From: Macrostomum lignano
Lineage: Eukaryota
DNA: 64,000 nucleotides
Assembly: GCA_002269645.1 (NCBI GenBank)
Contig: NIVC01003193.1
Coordinates: forward strand, 1-64,000
Direction: 5' to 3'
Each line of letters opens with the position of its first letter. The first letter of the stretch is position 1. Under the pieces are notes generated by a model, which was not told the DNA's origin, ran no database searches, and worked only from the letters and a program-made list of their open reading frames with translations. The translations under genes were made by a program, and so were the position numbers. Below, one piece after another: positions 1-55,500 of this stretch.

Positions 1-410
1 AAACTCAGCCTAGGGGCGGCCCAATGGCTCAGCCAATGAGAGAGCAGTAAGGAGAGAGTCAAAGTCAGACGGACGAACTCAGCCTAGGGCAGGCCCAATT
101 TGCTCAGCCAAAGAGAGAGCAGTAAGGAGAGAGTTCAAAGAAACTCAGCTTAGGGCAGGCCAATCTAGTCCAGCCAAATGAGAGAGCAGTAAGGAGAGAG
201 TTCAAAGGAACTCAGTCTAGGGGAAGGCTCAATCTAGTTCAGCCAATGAGAGAGCAGTAAGGAGAGAGTTCAAAGGAACTCAGTCTAGGAAAGGCTCAAT
301 CTAGTTCAGCCAATGAGAGAGCAGTAAGGAGAGAGTTCAAAGGAAAACTCAGTTAGGGCCCGGCCAAATCTAACTCCAGCCAATGAGAGAGCAGTAAGGA
401 TCAGAGGTCA
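1..410. repeat. Tandem repeat, ~67-bp unit, ~6 copies (intron upstream of the first visible ADAM-1 exon)
   Basis: AACTCAG recurs at about 2, 76, 142, 209, 277 and 346 with the shared core CAGCCAATGAGAGAGCAGTAAGGAGAGAG. Confidence 0.9.
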
Positions 411-606
411 AAGTCAGACACAAGCGGGCAAGAGGAAACCCAACTGTTTATCGTACATCTAGTTATTCTACATCTGCATGTAGTATCTGTGTTGAGGCCA
501 ATGTAAAGTGATTGTTAATAAAACTCAGAGTGTCGATAAAACTCAGGTAAGACCTCAAGCTTTCATTTGTCACATGCCAATTCCCTTCCATCCCCTTTTC
601 CAACAG

Positions 607-3600
607 CGTGAATCCGATCCACTTTTCCAACTGCTCCATACAAGAGTACAAACAGTTCTCGGTGGCCAATGGTCTCGGCTATTGCATGACCGGCCGCCGA
701 CCAAAGCCACCCTGGGCGGAATTGCGCACAAAGTGCGGCAACAGAGTGCTGGACTTCGGGGAGGAGTGCGACTGCGGCACGCCGCGGGTGAGTTGCCGTT
801 GAAAGGGCGGGTCGCCCCCCCCTTTAGGCGGAGACCAGAAAAAAATTAAAAAGGGGGACCAAGCGAATTTTCGCTAAATATACCGCACCCCCTCCGCTGC
901 CCTTGGGTCTTTACCCTCCAGAATCCGCCCCTTCAACAAATTTCTAGTTGCGCTAACTGCGCCACGGCAGACTTGAGTTGAAAAATGAAGTGGGGGTGCA
1001 AGGGTTGGACGGATTAAAGGTACCCCAATCAGTTTCCTCGTATCCTTTATTTCAGAATAGTCCAAAAAGAAATTGCTCACTGGCGCAATAGAGTGGCGAC
1101 TTTAGATGGGCAAAATCAGACGCATAGACATAAGTCATAGACACAAGGCCATAGACACAAGACCATAGACATAAGTCATAGACACAAGGCCATAGACACA
1201 AGACCATAGACATAAGTCATAGACACAAGGCCATAGACACAAGACCATAGACACAAGGCCATAGACACAAGACCATAGACACAAGGCCATAGACACAAGG
1301 CCATAGACACAAGGCCATAGACACAAGACATAGACACAAGGCCATAGACACAAGGCTATAGACACAAGGCCATAGACACAAGGCCATAGACACAAGGCCA
1401 TAGATACAAGGCCATAGACACAAGGCCATAGACACAAGGCCATAGACACAAGGCCATAGAGACAAGGCCATAGACACAAGGCCATAGACACAAGGCCATA
1501 GACACAAGGCCATAGACACAAGGCCATAGACACAAGGCCATAGACACAAGGCCATAGATACAAGGTCAATGACGTAAGGTAAGAACAGTGCGTGAAAAAT
1601 AGACCGTATTCGGTACCGCCTTTCGAATAATACGAGTTAGAGCTTCCCAGCAACCAGTGGAATGCAAACAAGGCAAGAGTGGCGACCTGGTCCTATTCTA
1701 GCTCATAGTCACATTTATCTTCATAAATAAACCAAATCTAGTTGAACTAGAACGTCTGCAATTTACACTAATTAGGACCTAAGACCTATAGTATCCAGGT
1801 GCGTGCGCATGCCTACAATAACATAACAGGTCCCAGCGAACTGAGTACCAAAATAATAAGAATTAATGAAATCAAAATACTTTCTTAAACTCTAGAATTT
1901 AAAAGTATACCCCCGAGGGTTGCCACACACACTTAATTACCCCAGCTAATGCTGGCACCCATTTTACAGCTGGGTGAACTAAAGCAATGCAGAGTTAAGT
2001 GTCTTGCTCAAGGGTCGGGAATCGGGAATCGGTCGGGAATCGAACCTCCGACCTTTCAGTCTTGAGTCCGACGCTCTAAACCCCTAGGCTACAACCCCCC
2101 CCCCCCAGTTCTCATTTCAACCCTGAATTCCAAACACCTATTTTAACTGGGCTTAACCCAACAATTTTGGCAGTTCTGCAACAACACCTGCTGCGATCCA
2201 ACCACATGCAAACTGACACCCGGGCCACCTGCGCCTCCGGCCAGTGCTGCAACACCACCACTTGCTCAATGGAGTCGAGTGGTTCAGTTTGCAGAGCCTC
2301 CCGAGGCGCCTGCGACCTGCCTGAGTACTGCAACGGCACCAGCGAGTGGTGTCCCGAGATCGACGATTACAAAATGGACGGCACCAGCTGCGCCACCGAT
2401 CCGGCTAATGCTTCGGTGAGAATTGCTGCGATTGCCTACTCACTAGTAGCGAGTAGAGAGTGAGGGATTGAATAGATATTGAAGATTTTCGTGAGGTGTA
2501 AAGACCTGCTGAAGGACCCGTGTGGTGTAGAGACAGATCTCCTGAATGAGCCTTGTAGTGTAGAGACAGAACTCCTGAAGGAGCCATGTGGTGTAGAGAC
2601 AGAACTCCTGAAGGAGCCATGTGGTGTAGAGATAGACCTGCTGAAGGACCCGTGTGGTGTAGAGATAGACCTGCTGAAGGACCCGTGTGGTGTAGAGATA
2701 GACCTGCTGAAGGACCCGTGTGGTGTAGAGATAGACCTGCTGAAGGACCCGTGTGGTGTAGAGACCTGCTGTAGTGACTGGGTGAAGAAGGTAGGTAAAA
2801 GCCTTAGATTTTTTATTCGAAAAGCCTGAAAAAAAAGATTATAGGGCGATTTTATCCCCGTAGTGAGCTCTAAATATATACTGCCAGTCGTGTCAAAATG
2901 TAATTTCGCCCATCATTCTCGTTCTCCCTCACATTTTCACACAGAGGGTTTTGGCCTATTGCTATCAGGGCAACTGCGTGACCAGAGACGCCCGCTGCAA
3001 GGCGCTGTTCACAGCTCCCGACTTCCGAGCGGCCCCCGAGTCCTACTCGGTCAAGACGAAGGACGATTCCGGCTTTGGCGAAGGCTACTGTAGCTACAGG
3101 ATTGAGACCTACAGTCCTGTCAAGTACACCTTTGTGCCGTGCACCACGCAGTGAGTTCGGTAGCTTAAACTCTCTTTAACACTAACTGGCGTAGGCTGCG
3201 ATTTTACGATCCGTGTGACTTTATCAAATGAAATTGCATCCATGTGACTTTCCCACATGACATTGCATCCGTGTGACTTTCCCTCATGACATTGCATCCG
3301 TGTGACTTTCCCTCATGACATTGCATCCGTGTGACTTTCCCTCATGACATTGCATCCATGTGACTTTCCCACATGACATTGCATCCGTGTGACTTTCCCA
3401 CATGACATTGCATCCGTGTGACTTTCCCTCATGACATTGCATCCGTGTGACTTTCCCTCATGACATTGCATCCGTGTGACTTTCCCTCATGACATTGCAT
3501 CCATGTGACTTTCCCACATGACATTGCATCCGTGTGACTTTCCCACATGACATTGCATCCGTGTGACTTTCCCTCATGACATTGCATCCATGTGACTTTC

Positions 3601-6600
3601 CCACATGACATTGCATCCGTGTGACTTTCCCTCATGACATTGCATCCGTGTGACTTTCCCTCATGACATTGCATCCATGTGACTTTCCCAGATGACATTG
3701 CATCCGTGTGACTTTCCAACATGACATTGCATCCATGTGACTTTCCCAGATGACATTGCATCCGTGTGACTTTCCCTCATGACATTGCATCCGTGTGACT
3801 TTCCCTCATGACATTGCATCCGTGTGACTTTCCCTCATGACATTGCATCCGTGTGACTTTCCCTCATGACATTGCATCCGTGTGACGTTCTCATCACGCA
3901 GAAACCAGCGCTGTGGAACTCTGTATTGCATTGGCACAATGCCAGACGGATTCCCAACAGCAAAGTGGAAAGGCTTTGCACTGAATGACGCCAAGTCCAT
4001 TGTGCCTATCAATCCGTCTGACCACACCCTGGCCTATGCTAGACTGGACTTGACAATATCCGGCTACCGAGATCCCGGCATGGTGCCGGATGGCGCAGAA
4101 TGCGGCCCAGGACTAGTGAGTTCGTTGAAAGTTTCTGGTAACATTGTTGGGAATTTCTACCAGCTCTGTTTGCTTAGAAGGTCTTGTTGGGGATGCTTGG
4201 GGCGGCCTTTAGGCCTTTCTCGTATAGAACTTTCCCCGAAGAAGCTTCGAGCCCCAAGCACTAGACTTAGACGAGATCCACGTAGACCTCCAGTTGTACC
4301 CAAGGGCACGCAAAATGGAGGGTCTACCGTCTAGAAAGCACCGATAGACTGAATTTCTTCATGCCTTTCAAACCTACGTTAAACGGTAGGAAACGGTGGT
4401 TTCTGGCATAAGGCCCAGGCTGGGTTGGCTTGGCCAGGTAATCCGACCATTTTACGAGACTGAATTCCTTACCTTGGCAATTTTGGTGGCATCTGTCTTT
4501 GCTTTTTTCTCGACACTTAATGTCCCCAATTTCCACATTTGAGCAGATGTGCATCAACTCAGAGTGCCTCAACGTAACCAAAGTGATGACCAACGCCACG
4601 ACGCTTGCCGAAGTGTCCAGCCTGCCGAACTGCAACGGCCAAGGCGACGTGACTCGGACGGGGCTGTGCTTCTGCTACTACGGCTTCAGCCCCCCGACTG
4701 TGTTGCTGTCGGATACGGCGGTTCGATCACCAATTTGCCGGCAGAGTCAGGTGAATAGCGGCCAGTCAGAGTATTCTTGAGTCATGAGAAATCAGAAAAT
4801 AGAAATGTACGTAGTGAAATCTACGAATGTGAAGAGAATCTCATGCAGAAGGTTATGCACTGATACTTAAACAGAGCCTAGAGCAATTTCATCCTCGGAT
4901 GAGGCCTTTTTTAATAGAGGCAGGGGCTGTGTGCACCCTGGCGCACTTTAAGCAACATTGTCGCACAACCGGCGAGAGGCATTACTGCCCATTCCACCGA
5001 CTCCCCTGAGCAGGCACACAAGCGCACGGATACGTACGCAGTCATACGCACAGGCACACACTCACACAGGAGTTTACAGCGGCTCTAACTTAATTTATCG
5101 TTAGGCATGTACACTTCATTGTGCCTTGGAGGTGGGCCTTAAGGGGCGTTAATTGCACGAGCAGAGCTAAGCCGAGATTCCAATTTAGCCCCAAATAAAC
5201 AGTAACATTGAAACTACCAAGATGGTTGGGAATTCCCGCTAGCAATTTTTTTGCTGCGCGGTAACGGTGCAAGGCAGGCACACAAAATTAAAAAACACGG
5301 CTAACTTTTTGTTTCGCACCTTCTTAAACAAGAATCAAGTCGCCAGCCCCACGAACCGTCTATATATTCAACAATTCTGTCTGAAAGTCGGATTTTTCCA
5401 TAAGCACTAGCGTATTCAGTACACCCCTGTGCGTTAATCAGCGCTGTGCCTCAATGCAGCCTTGTCAAGCCTCCAGATTTCATCAGCACGTCGACCACAT
5501 GTGTCTGTGTCAGCTCTGACTTCGATGGTCACTGGCTTTTACCCAGGCGGAGCTTTTGGACCTTCAACAGGTGGCACCAGGTGACTATGGACACTCTGGT
5601 GCGAACTTCTTTAGTTTCGCTGATCAAGCCTCGACAGTGGGCCAACCTCAACTGCTGGACATCCTCAGCTGGTCTCTCAAGCATTCCGTCAACACCCCGA
5701 CGCCGTCGTCACCTGGTGCCATCTGCTGAAGATTGTCGCCTCCTTGGTAGTTCGACGGGCGGAAAAATGGCTTGATATTCCTACTGTTAATGTGACTGCA
5801 CTTGGAATCGAGCCCGGGCCGCTGGCACATCAGAGCGCCGCGCTGGACCACTCTGCCACGCCCCCAGCTCACGGATGAGGTTCCCACGTGTAGCTTAGCG
5901 GTAAATAGTAGGAAAGTCAGAAACAGGTCTATCGCAATCTTTAATCTTACAATCAGAGTATGCAAGACAGCTCAATAGAGCGGCTCTTTGTTACGATTTA
6001 ATTCAAGCGAAGTTTGCTTTGGACATCTCTATTTCTCTCTATCTCTCTATGGCAACATTGGCAGGTTGCCATGGTAACAGAAGTAAATGGAGCTCTAAAC
6101 ACAATAGCTACTCGTATTTGAAAAATCGATTACAACCGTACAAATCTATCCATCAGGTGCCATCACAACGTCTACTATGACAACGCCTAAGCCAACAACA
6201 CCAACGACTCGACTTGAGTTCACAACGCTAGGTAAGAACTCTGATGGAACCAGATTAATAAAATTAATTTACCCCCCCCAAAATGGTCTGAAATTCAGTT
6301 TACAACAATTTGCACAGAACAAAGTCGTGACGACTTCTGGCTCTACATTGGCATCGGCATTGGCATCGCCATTGTGCTGGTCCTCGCCATTGTCTTCTTC
6401 GTGTGGCTGTACTTCTGGTGCCGTCGCAATGACTTCACGCCCTACATTGGCGGCTGCGACGTGCCCGTCCCCGACGCCAGCGCGGCTGCGAAGTTCCGCA
6501 GCTCCGCCGACATGCGCTCCTACCCGCTGGACGAGACGGCCTCGCCCGAGCAGGTTGCAGTGTCAACAGCGGGATTCAACCACAGCGGCAACGGCAGCGG

Positions 6601-6784
6601 TGGCGGCGGAAAGTCGTACATCGAGCGGCAATACGCGGCCAATTCGTACTTCAACGATGACTTTGACAACCCGGGCTACCACAGCGACGAATTGCGCAGC
6701 GGGCCGCAAGCTGTGGGCAGCGCTCAGAAGTATGAAATCGAACTCGAAGTCGGAGTGCCTGGCAAATTTGTGAAGAAGTGCTGA
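607..6784 (+). CDS. ADAM-family metalloprotease 1, 3' part (end of protease domain, disintegrin, Cys-rich, EGF-like, TM, cytoplasmic tail); 5' exons lie outside the window
   Basis: Exons 607-787, 2174-2415, 2945-3150, 3902-4115, 4547-4750, 6318-6784, all with AG/GT boundaries. Motifs: CGNRVLDFGEECDCG, CRASRGACDLPEYCNG, RCGTLYC, DPGMVPDGAECG, CNGQG..CFC, TM LYIGIGIGIAIVLVLAIVFFVWLYFW. Two -1 frameshifts (~2222, ~4690) are needed to keep the frame. Confidence 0.93.
1125..1560. repeat. Intronic minisatellite, 14-bp unit GGCCATAGACACAA
   Basis: Direct tandem periodicity of 14 bp. Confidence 0.95.
1915..2106 (-). mobile_element. tRNA-derived SINE with CORE-like central domain
   Basis: Minus strand: A-box TAGCCTAGGGG, B-box GGTTCGATTCC, then CCTTGAGCAAGACACTTAAC...CTGTAAAATGGG, resembling the MIR/CORE domain. 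Second copy at 52090-52270, degraded copy at 62505-62812. Confidence 0.8.
2505..2770. repeat. Intronic minisatellite, 33-bp unit
   Basis: CTGAAGGACCCGTGTGGTGTAGAGATAGACCTG in tandem. Confidence 0.95.
3215..3886. repeat. Intronic minisatellite, 29-bp unit
   Basis: GTGACTTTCCCTCATGACATTGCATCCGT in tandem, ending ~15 nt before the acceptor at 3901. Confidence 0.95.
4915..5875 (-). mobile_element. Second SINE family (tRNA-like head 5803-5875, body 4915-5192), split by ~600 nt of unrelated sequence
   Basis: Head on minus strand: TGGCAGAGTGG (A-box) and GGCTCGATTCC (B-box). Both the body and the head match the contiguous copy at 57620-57960. Confidence 0.65.
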
Positions 6785-7295
6785 GCACAGAGATTTACAA
6801 CTTCAACTATATTTTCGAGGATAGTTCGATCACTTTGAGCACTTTCAGCAGTAAAAAGTTAACGCCAAGTTGCCCCTACCTCCCATTTGTAAGCTATATC
6901 TTTCCTCAAATTCACAACCGTACAGCTAGCAACCAAAACAAATTTATTTTCAATCGCTTGCCACCTTCATCAGAAGCTTAGCTTAGGTTTTTTATTTAGT
7001 TATTTATTTATTATATTTATCATTTATTTACACAGTACTCTCGTATCGAAAGAAGCGCCTGAATTGCCAGCGTATACCAAAACATTTTCTAATGCACTGA
7101 TCCTAGAAATTTTTGTTTAAATAATTGCTTTCAACAAATTTTAATTTTAATTGAATTTCAATTGAATAAGATAATGAATTAAACTGTGCTCAATTGACAT
7201 GACCGCTTGCCCAGTCGCTTGTCAAATGCATGAACGAATTTGTGATTGTTAACTTTTTCATTTTTACATCAACTTTCTTGCCTCGTTAGTGCTTT

Positions 7296-7500
7296 CTAAC
7301 CCTAACCCTAACCCCTAACCCAAATCCCTAACCCAAACCCCTAACCCAAATCCCTAACCCAAATCCCTTAACCCAAACCCCTAACTCAAACCCCTAACCC
7401 AAATCCCTAACCCAAACCCCTAACTCAAACCCCTAACCCAAATCCCTAACCCAAACCCCTAACCTAAGGTCTAACTCTAACCCCTAATCCAAACCCTAAA
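7296..7500. repeat. Degenerate telomere-like (CCCTAA-containing) tandem repeat, interstitial
   Basis: CTAACCCTAACCC followed by CCCTAACCCAAAT/C variants. Confidence 0.8.
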
Positions 7501-7796
7501 TAAACCCTTTTACTGACGAAACGATAGCTGATTAACGCACCAATTTAAGAGGCCAAACGGTAACCCACCTGACTCCGCACGTTCGTGCTCGGAAATCGAC
7601 CTGTCTGAGGCTTCTAGATGCGATTCACGCCAAGGCACACAGTTGGGTACCACTGCCTGATAACCGAGAAAGTCGGGGCCGCCTGTACATTCTACAGTCT
7701 ACAACTCATGAAATCAAACAGACGTTTTGCATTCAGCTGCATGGTCTTTCTTGCGAAAGTGGAATACGTACTGGAAAATTCTGTTCATAGTTCTGC

Positions 7797-7920
7797 TTTA
7801 TACAGTCGATTGTGATGCTCTATACAGTCTATTGTGATGCTCTATACAGTCTATTGTGATGTTGTATACAGTCTATTGTGGTTACTCTATACAGTCTATT
7901 GTGATTCTCTATACACTCTA
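7797..7920. repeat. Minisatellite, 22-bp unit
   Basis: TATACAGTCTATTGTGATGCTC in tandem, ~5 copies. Confidence 0.85.
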
Positions 7921-8405
7921 TTGTTTGTATCTTGTTCTGACCTTCAGGCAGAACCCAACGGCTCATATCGAAAGCCGAACTCAATGCAGAAAATTCCTGA
8001 CCCAATCAACACTCAAAAGAACTCAAAGAGGGGGGGGGGCAAAGAAAAAGAGAAACAAAAAGCACAAAATAAAAAGGCCAGCCTAAACCGCAACGCTCCA
8101 GAGTTCTCAGATCCAGAGAGCAGTCAATCCCTACTCACACATGGCTCATTGGCTCAAATCACTTTCACGCGGGTAGGGCTATAGGTAAGGCAAAATCGAT
8201 AAGAAAGGCAATCTGCACCTTTTCTGGGAGCATGCAGCAGAGCCAATATTTGTTGTCGTGGGGGGGGGGGGGCAGGGCCCGGCCAAAGCCGCTTGACCCA
8301 GAGCTCATGTCAGCCTCAAGCCAGTTCTCGCTGACCGACTCAGACTCTAAAAATATCTCAGCGCAATAAATAAGCTGAGGTGACAGACAGACTCAGAGCT
8401 TTAGA

Positions 8406-50993
<42,588 letters not shown>

Positions 50994-52089
50994 TGTCGGA
51001 CAGCAGCCGCTGTGTCGGTAGCCATTGTTGGTCTTTTTAACAGAACGCATCATAACGCAGCATGTGGCCCCCAAAACATTTTAATGTCCTTCATACGCCA
51101 CTCTTTCAAACTGGGTTCTTGCTAATAATTCCCAGGTTGAGCGTCTTGACAATACACGCATCATCTCAAATTATTACCAAAATCAGCACTGCAAAGGACT
51201 ACTCAAAAAGCTCTATTGATATTCATAATAAAATTAAAAATCTATGTTAATTTTATATCCTGATATGTACATGTCCTGTTCCCAAAAAATCAAAAGAATG
51301 ACACAGCTGGACTCAATGGTTTTATGAATCTACTTGATTATTCTGATCCCTTTTGCTCTGCAGAGACTTCCGAAATTCTTCTGCATGGAGCCGCATACAG
51401 TGAACCATACAGGGGGCGGGTTGGCCTGGCTAGCCATGCCTTATGCCATTGCCACTTTTAGCGCCGCAGGCACTTATTTTGGCGCCGCAGGCACTCATTT
51501 TAGCGCCGCAGGCACTTAATTGCCTCCAGGTTTTTGGTATCCGCCGCGCCCAACCCCACCCCCCAGGCAATTGGGGGGGGGGCCGCGGCCCCCCCGCCCC
51601 CCCCCCTGGCTACGCCACTGCCTATAACAGCGGAATAAACGCGCGTACGAATTCAAAGAAATGTTTCTAGGAAAAAAAGTTTTTAAAAGCGCTTATTCCG
51701 GTGTTGGACTACGAAAATGCTAATCGACTGTACATGATGTATGCACTTGCAGTTTTCGTCAATCGTATATGCACCTGACTTTTTTATGCATGCACTTGAT
51801 ATATTTAATACGACTGCAAAAAGGCTGTATAGCAATAGATAAATAATCTTATAATTATTAACTATAAATGTACCAAGAAGCATGCAATCTGTTTGTTGCA
51901 TTCTTTCAATATTTTTTACTTTAACAACTTCTGCACTACCAGACCTTAAAATGAAATTTAGCAATAATAACAATCGATTACACCTGCCCCAATGGGCAGA
52001 TGTGCAACTGACAGCTCAGCCGCAGCTATTGAGCGGCGCATCTGAAGGCTCCGTACGGCTGCTCAGTCCAAGGACTGGGTGGTCGCCAC

Positions 52090-52270
52090 GCACACCCTCA
52101 ATTACCCCGGCTAATGCTGGCACCCATTTTACAGCTGGGTGAACTGAAGCAATGCAGAGTCAAGTGTCTTGCTCAAAGACACAAATTGTTCCAGAAGGAT
52201 CGGGAATCGAACCCCCAACCTTCAAGTCGTGAGTCCGACGCTCTGACCACCGGCCGGGCTACAACCCCCT
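52090..52270 (-). mobile_element. CORE-like tRNA-derived SINE, copy 2
   Basis: Aligns with 1915-2106 (GCTAATGCTGGCACCCATTTTACAGCTGGGTGAACT...GTGTCTTGCTCAA). Confidence 0.8.
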
Positions 52271-52590
52271 ACAACCCAAACTAAGAACTTCAGTTTGGCT
52301 GCAACGCACACACATTGCTTGCAGCTGCTTTGCTGATGCATGCAGAAAAAATTGGAACAATGAGATGGCTCAGCAGAGTCTACGGCTGCTAAGTGCAGGT
52401 CTTGCATAGCAAGTGGGGCGGCTATATTGTTGTACACCGATGCAGTACGCTATAGGGGGATGGGGGATGGGGAAGAGGATAGGAAGGGGAAACGCGGACG
52501 GTCGGCAGGCAGGATGTGAAAGCGGACAGCTTGCTGCTCAAAGTGAGAACTGTTTCTCCATTTTTCTGCATCCTGAGCCGCTTGCAGACC

Positions 52591-55500
52591 ATGTTCCTGC
52601 TGTTGTTTAGCAAGACCAAGAGAAAGTCCTCGGACAGCAACTTGGTCGCCATGGACTCGCTATCGGACAATCCGGAGGACCTCCTGCAGGAGCGGCGCCG
52701 CCTGTCCAAGCTGGAGAAGCGGCAGCGGGCCAGGGAGAAGAAGCGCCGTCGCGAGGCCAAGAAGCTGCGGCGGCTGCATCGATCCGGCAACGGAAGCGGC
52801 TGCCGTCACCTCTGCTGCTGCCTGGGCCGCTTCCCCTGCCTTCTGCTGCTTCTGGCAGGCCTGTCCGCCTTTCTCTACTTGTACTTTTATCGTGGACTCA
52901 GCATTCACTTGGCGCTGAGTGACCGGCTGCTCGATAGGCAGATGCTCCTGCGTAAGCAGCAACAGCAGCAACTGCCGCAGCAACAGTTGTTGCCCGCAAG
53001 GTTAGCTTATCAAAGATCAATACGTTTTGGGGCTTTGTCGTGCGATTCACCCATGAGGACCAACCCTCCAAGGCAAGAGTGTACCATGCTTTATGATTAG
53101 ACAATCAGAATTACCTCAACGCTGGAGTAAGATTCAACCCCACAGATGCTGGAATAACTGGATGGGCCACTCAGGCATATATAACTTAAGTAAAACAGCT
53201 TTCTACTTTCAGTTCAGTAGCAAAGAAGAATACATAAGGTATTTTATATAAAAGGCAGTTGAAATGACTTTGATTTAGAAGCCAAGCTTGCAGGCGTAAA
53301 ACAACTTGCGAATTGGTTCAGCAATAATGTACATTAGCCAGTCCATTGAAATGCACATGGCAGCTTTAGGCTGGAATTCCGAGAAAGGCAATAAAAACTG
53401 GGGCGGGGCGTTGGGGCGTAGTGTGTAAAGGCGCGGTTGGAGGGTTTCAGCTGGGGGTAAGAGGCAATAAAGAGCCTTGGCTTTAAAAATACATTAAAAT
53501 ACTTCTGTTTAACTTGCTACTGAACTGAAAGTAGCTTGCACGCAAATGCACTGAGTGACCCACCATCTAGTTATTCTGGCATTGAATGGCTAAATTTTTC
53601 CAGTGCTTAAGTTGACTCTAACCATAGCAAATCTACCCAACACACGATTTCCCCCATCTGCAGGCCACCTCCGGATTCTCATCTTCAAGCGGAGGCCTCG
53701 CCGCGTAGAAATTGGCGCCTTCGAAACGGTTCTTTAGTCTCCCAGAATCTGGTGCCGCATCAGTCGCCTACTCGGGCTTCGGCGAGACAGCCAAAAATCA
53801 TTCAAATGCCAAACAGATGCCCGAGTTCGTCTTTGTCCGCGCTGTTCCTGGCCACCCGTGATCAAGCAATCCGTGACGCGGCACCGAATTTTGTCCGTCG
53901 GCAGCGGGAAGCTGTGCGACGATCCTGGGGCGGCCCGGCCGGATTGAAGGCCGGAGGCTCCGTCGTCTTCTTGGTGACTGTGGAGAGACTGCGTACTACG
54001 CACTGAATCAGGTGCAAATTAGGGATGGGTTGCGTTGGCTCACTAGGAACCTGGGGGCTCAGTGGGGAATCTGAGGGTTCAGTCGGGAATCTGGGGGCTC
54101 TGTGGGGAATCTGAGGGTTCAGTCGGGAATCTGGGGGCTCTGTGGGGAATCTGAGGGTTCAGTGAGGAATCTGATGGCTCAGTGGTGAATCTGAAGGCTC
54201 AGTAGGGAATCTGATGGCTCAGTGGTGAATCTGAAGGCTCAGTATGGAATCTGATGACTCAGTGGAGAATCTGATGGCTCAGTGAGGAATTCGAGGGGCT
54301 CAGTGGGGAATCTGATGGCTCAGTGGTGAATCTGAAGGCTCAGTAGGGAATCTGAAGGCTCAGTGGGGAATCTGATGGCTCAGTGGTGAATCTGAAGGCT
54401 CAGTAGGGAATCTGATGGCTCAGTGGTGAATCTGAAGGCTCAGTAGGGAATCTGAAGGCTCAGTGGGGAATCTGATGGCTCAGTGGTGAATCTGAAGGCT
54501 CAGTAGGGAATCTGATGGCTCAGTGGTGAATCTGAAGGCTCAGTAGGGAATCTGATGGCTCAGTGGTGAATCTGAAGGCTCAGTAGGGAATCTGATGACT
54601 CAGTGGAGAATCTGATGGCTTAGTGAGGAATTCGAGGTGGCTCAGTGGGGAATCTGATGGCTCAGTGGTGAATCTGAAGGCTCAGTAGGGAATCTGATGG
54701 CTCAGTGGGAAATCTGATGGCTCAGTGGGGAATCTGATGGCTCAGTGGAGAATCTGGGGGCTCAGTGGGGAATCTGATGTCTCAGTGGGGAATCTGTGGG
54801 CTCAGTGGGGAATTTGCACGCGGGATTGGGGCTCACTGAAGAGAATTAAATAACCAACTCCAACAACCAACTGCTCGCGTGTAGGAGGCGAAGAAGTACG
54901 GCGACCTGATGATCATACAGTCGGCAGTCAGCAGCAACCCGAAGCTGGCGGAGCAGCAACCACACCTGCTGCTGTTTGCCCTGGCCAAGCTTCGGTCCCG
55001 CTGTCCTTTCGTCAGCCTCTACGGCAGGACAAACGCCGGGGTGCTGTGGAATCCGCGCCTGCTGAAGCAACTGCTACACCTGATGCAGCAGCGCGGCCAG
55101 CTTCAAGAAAGCCTCATGCTTGGCCGAGCCGTCCGCGGTCTGTCCAAGGACTCCAGCACCGGTCTCAACGAGCGGCTGGCCGCCGACCCGGGCTACCTAA
55201 TGACCGGCCGCGCGCTGGACGCCCTGTTGAAGTTGGCGAGAGGCAACCGCGACGAAGACGACGACCACCGGCTGGACGACGGTGTCACAGACAATCGCCT
55301 GACACAGTCATGAATACACGGAGTATAAAGTGAAAGGAAAGAAACAGTCCAGTGAATCGTGGTTGCCAGAAAGAGGACTACGCGAAGGATGCCCGACATC
55401 CCCAGTTCTATTTAATATCTTTCACCAAGCATGCATCAGGGAAGTTGAGGAGAAAAGAACACAAACAGCAAAGGAGAAAGAGCAAATATGTGGAATTGAA

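Noticed and set aside
2030-2106. tRNA-Leu(CAA) gene
   Set aside because: It lacks a proper acceptor stem and the long variable arm, and continues into a repeated SINE body; it is a SINE head.
5193-5802. Distinct transposon inserted in the SINE
   Set aside because: No convincing TSD, TIR or coding motif was found; left unassigned.
607-6784. ADAM-1 as a pseudogene
   Set aside because: Both frameshifts are single-base losses in homopolymers, a pattern repeated in unrelated ORFs. There are no in-frame stops and the splice sites are intact.
7296-7500. True chromosome end
   Set aside because: Short, degenerate and flanked by genes on both sides.
51409-51620. hAT-type MITE ending CTACGCCACTG with a 21-bp triple repeat
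   Set aside because: One end looks typical, but no matching opposite end or TSD could be defined.
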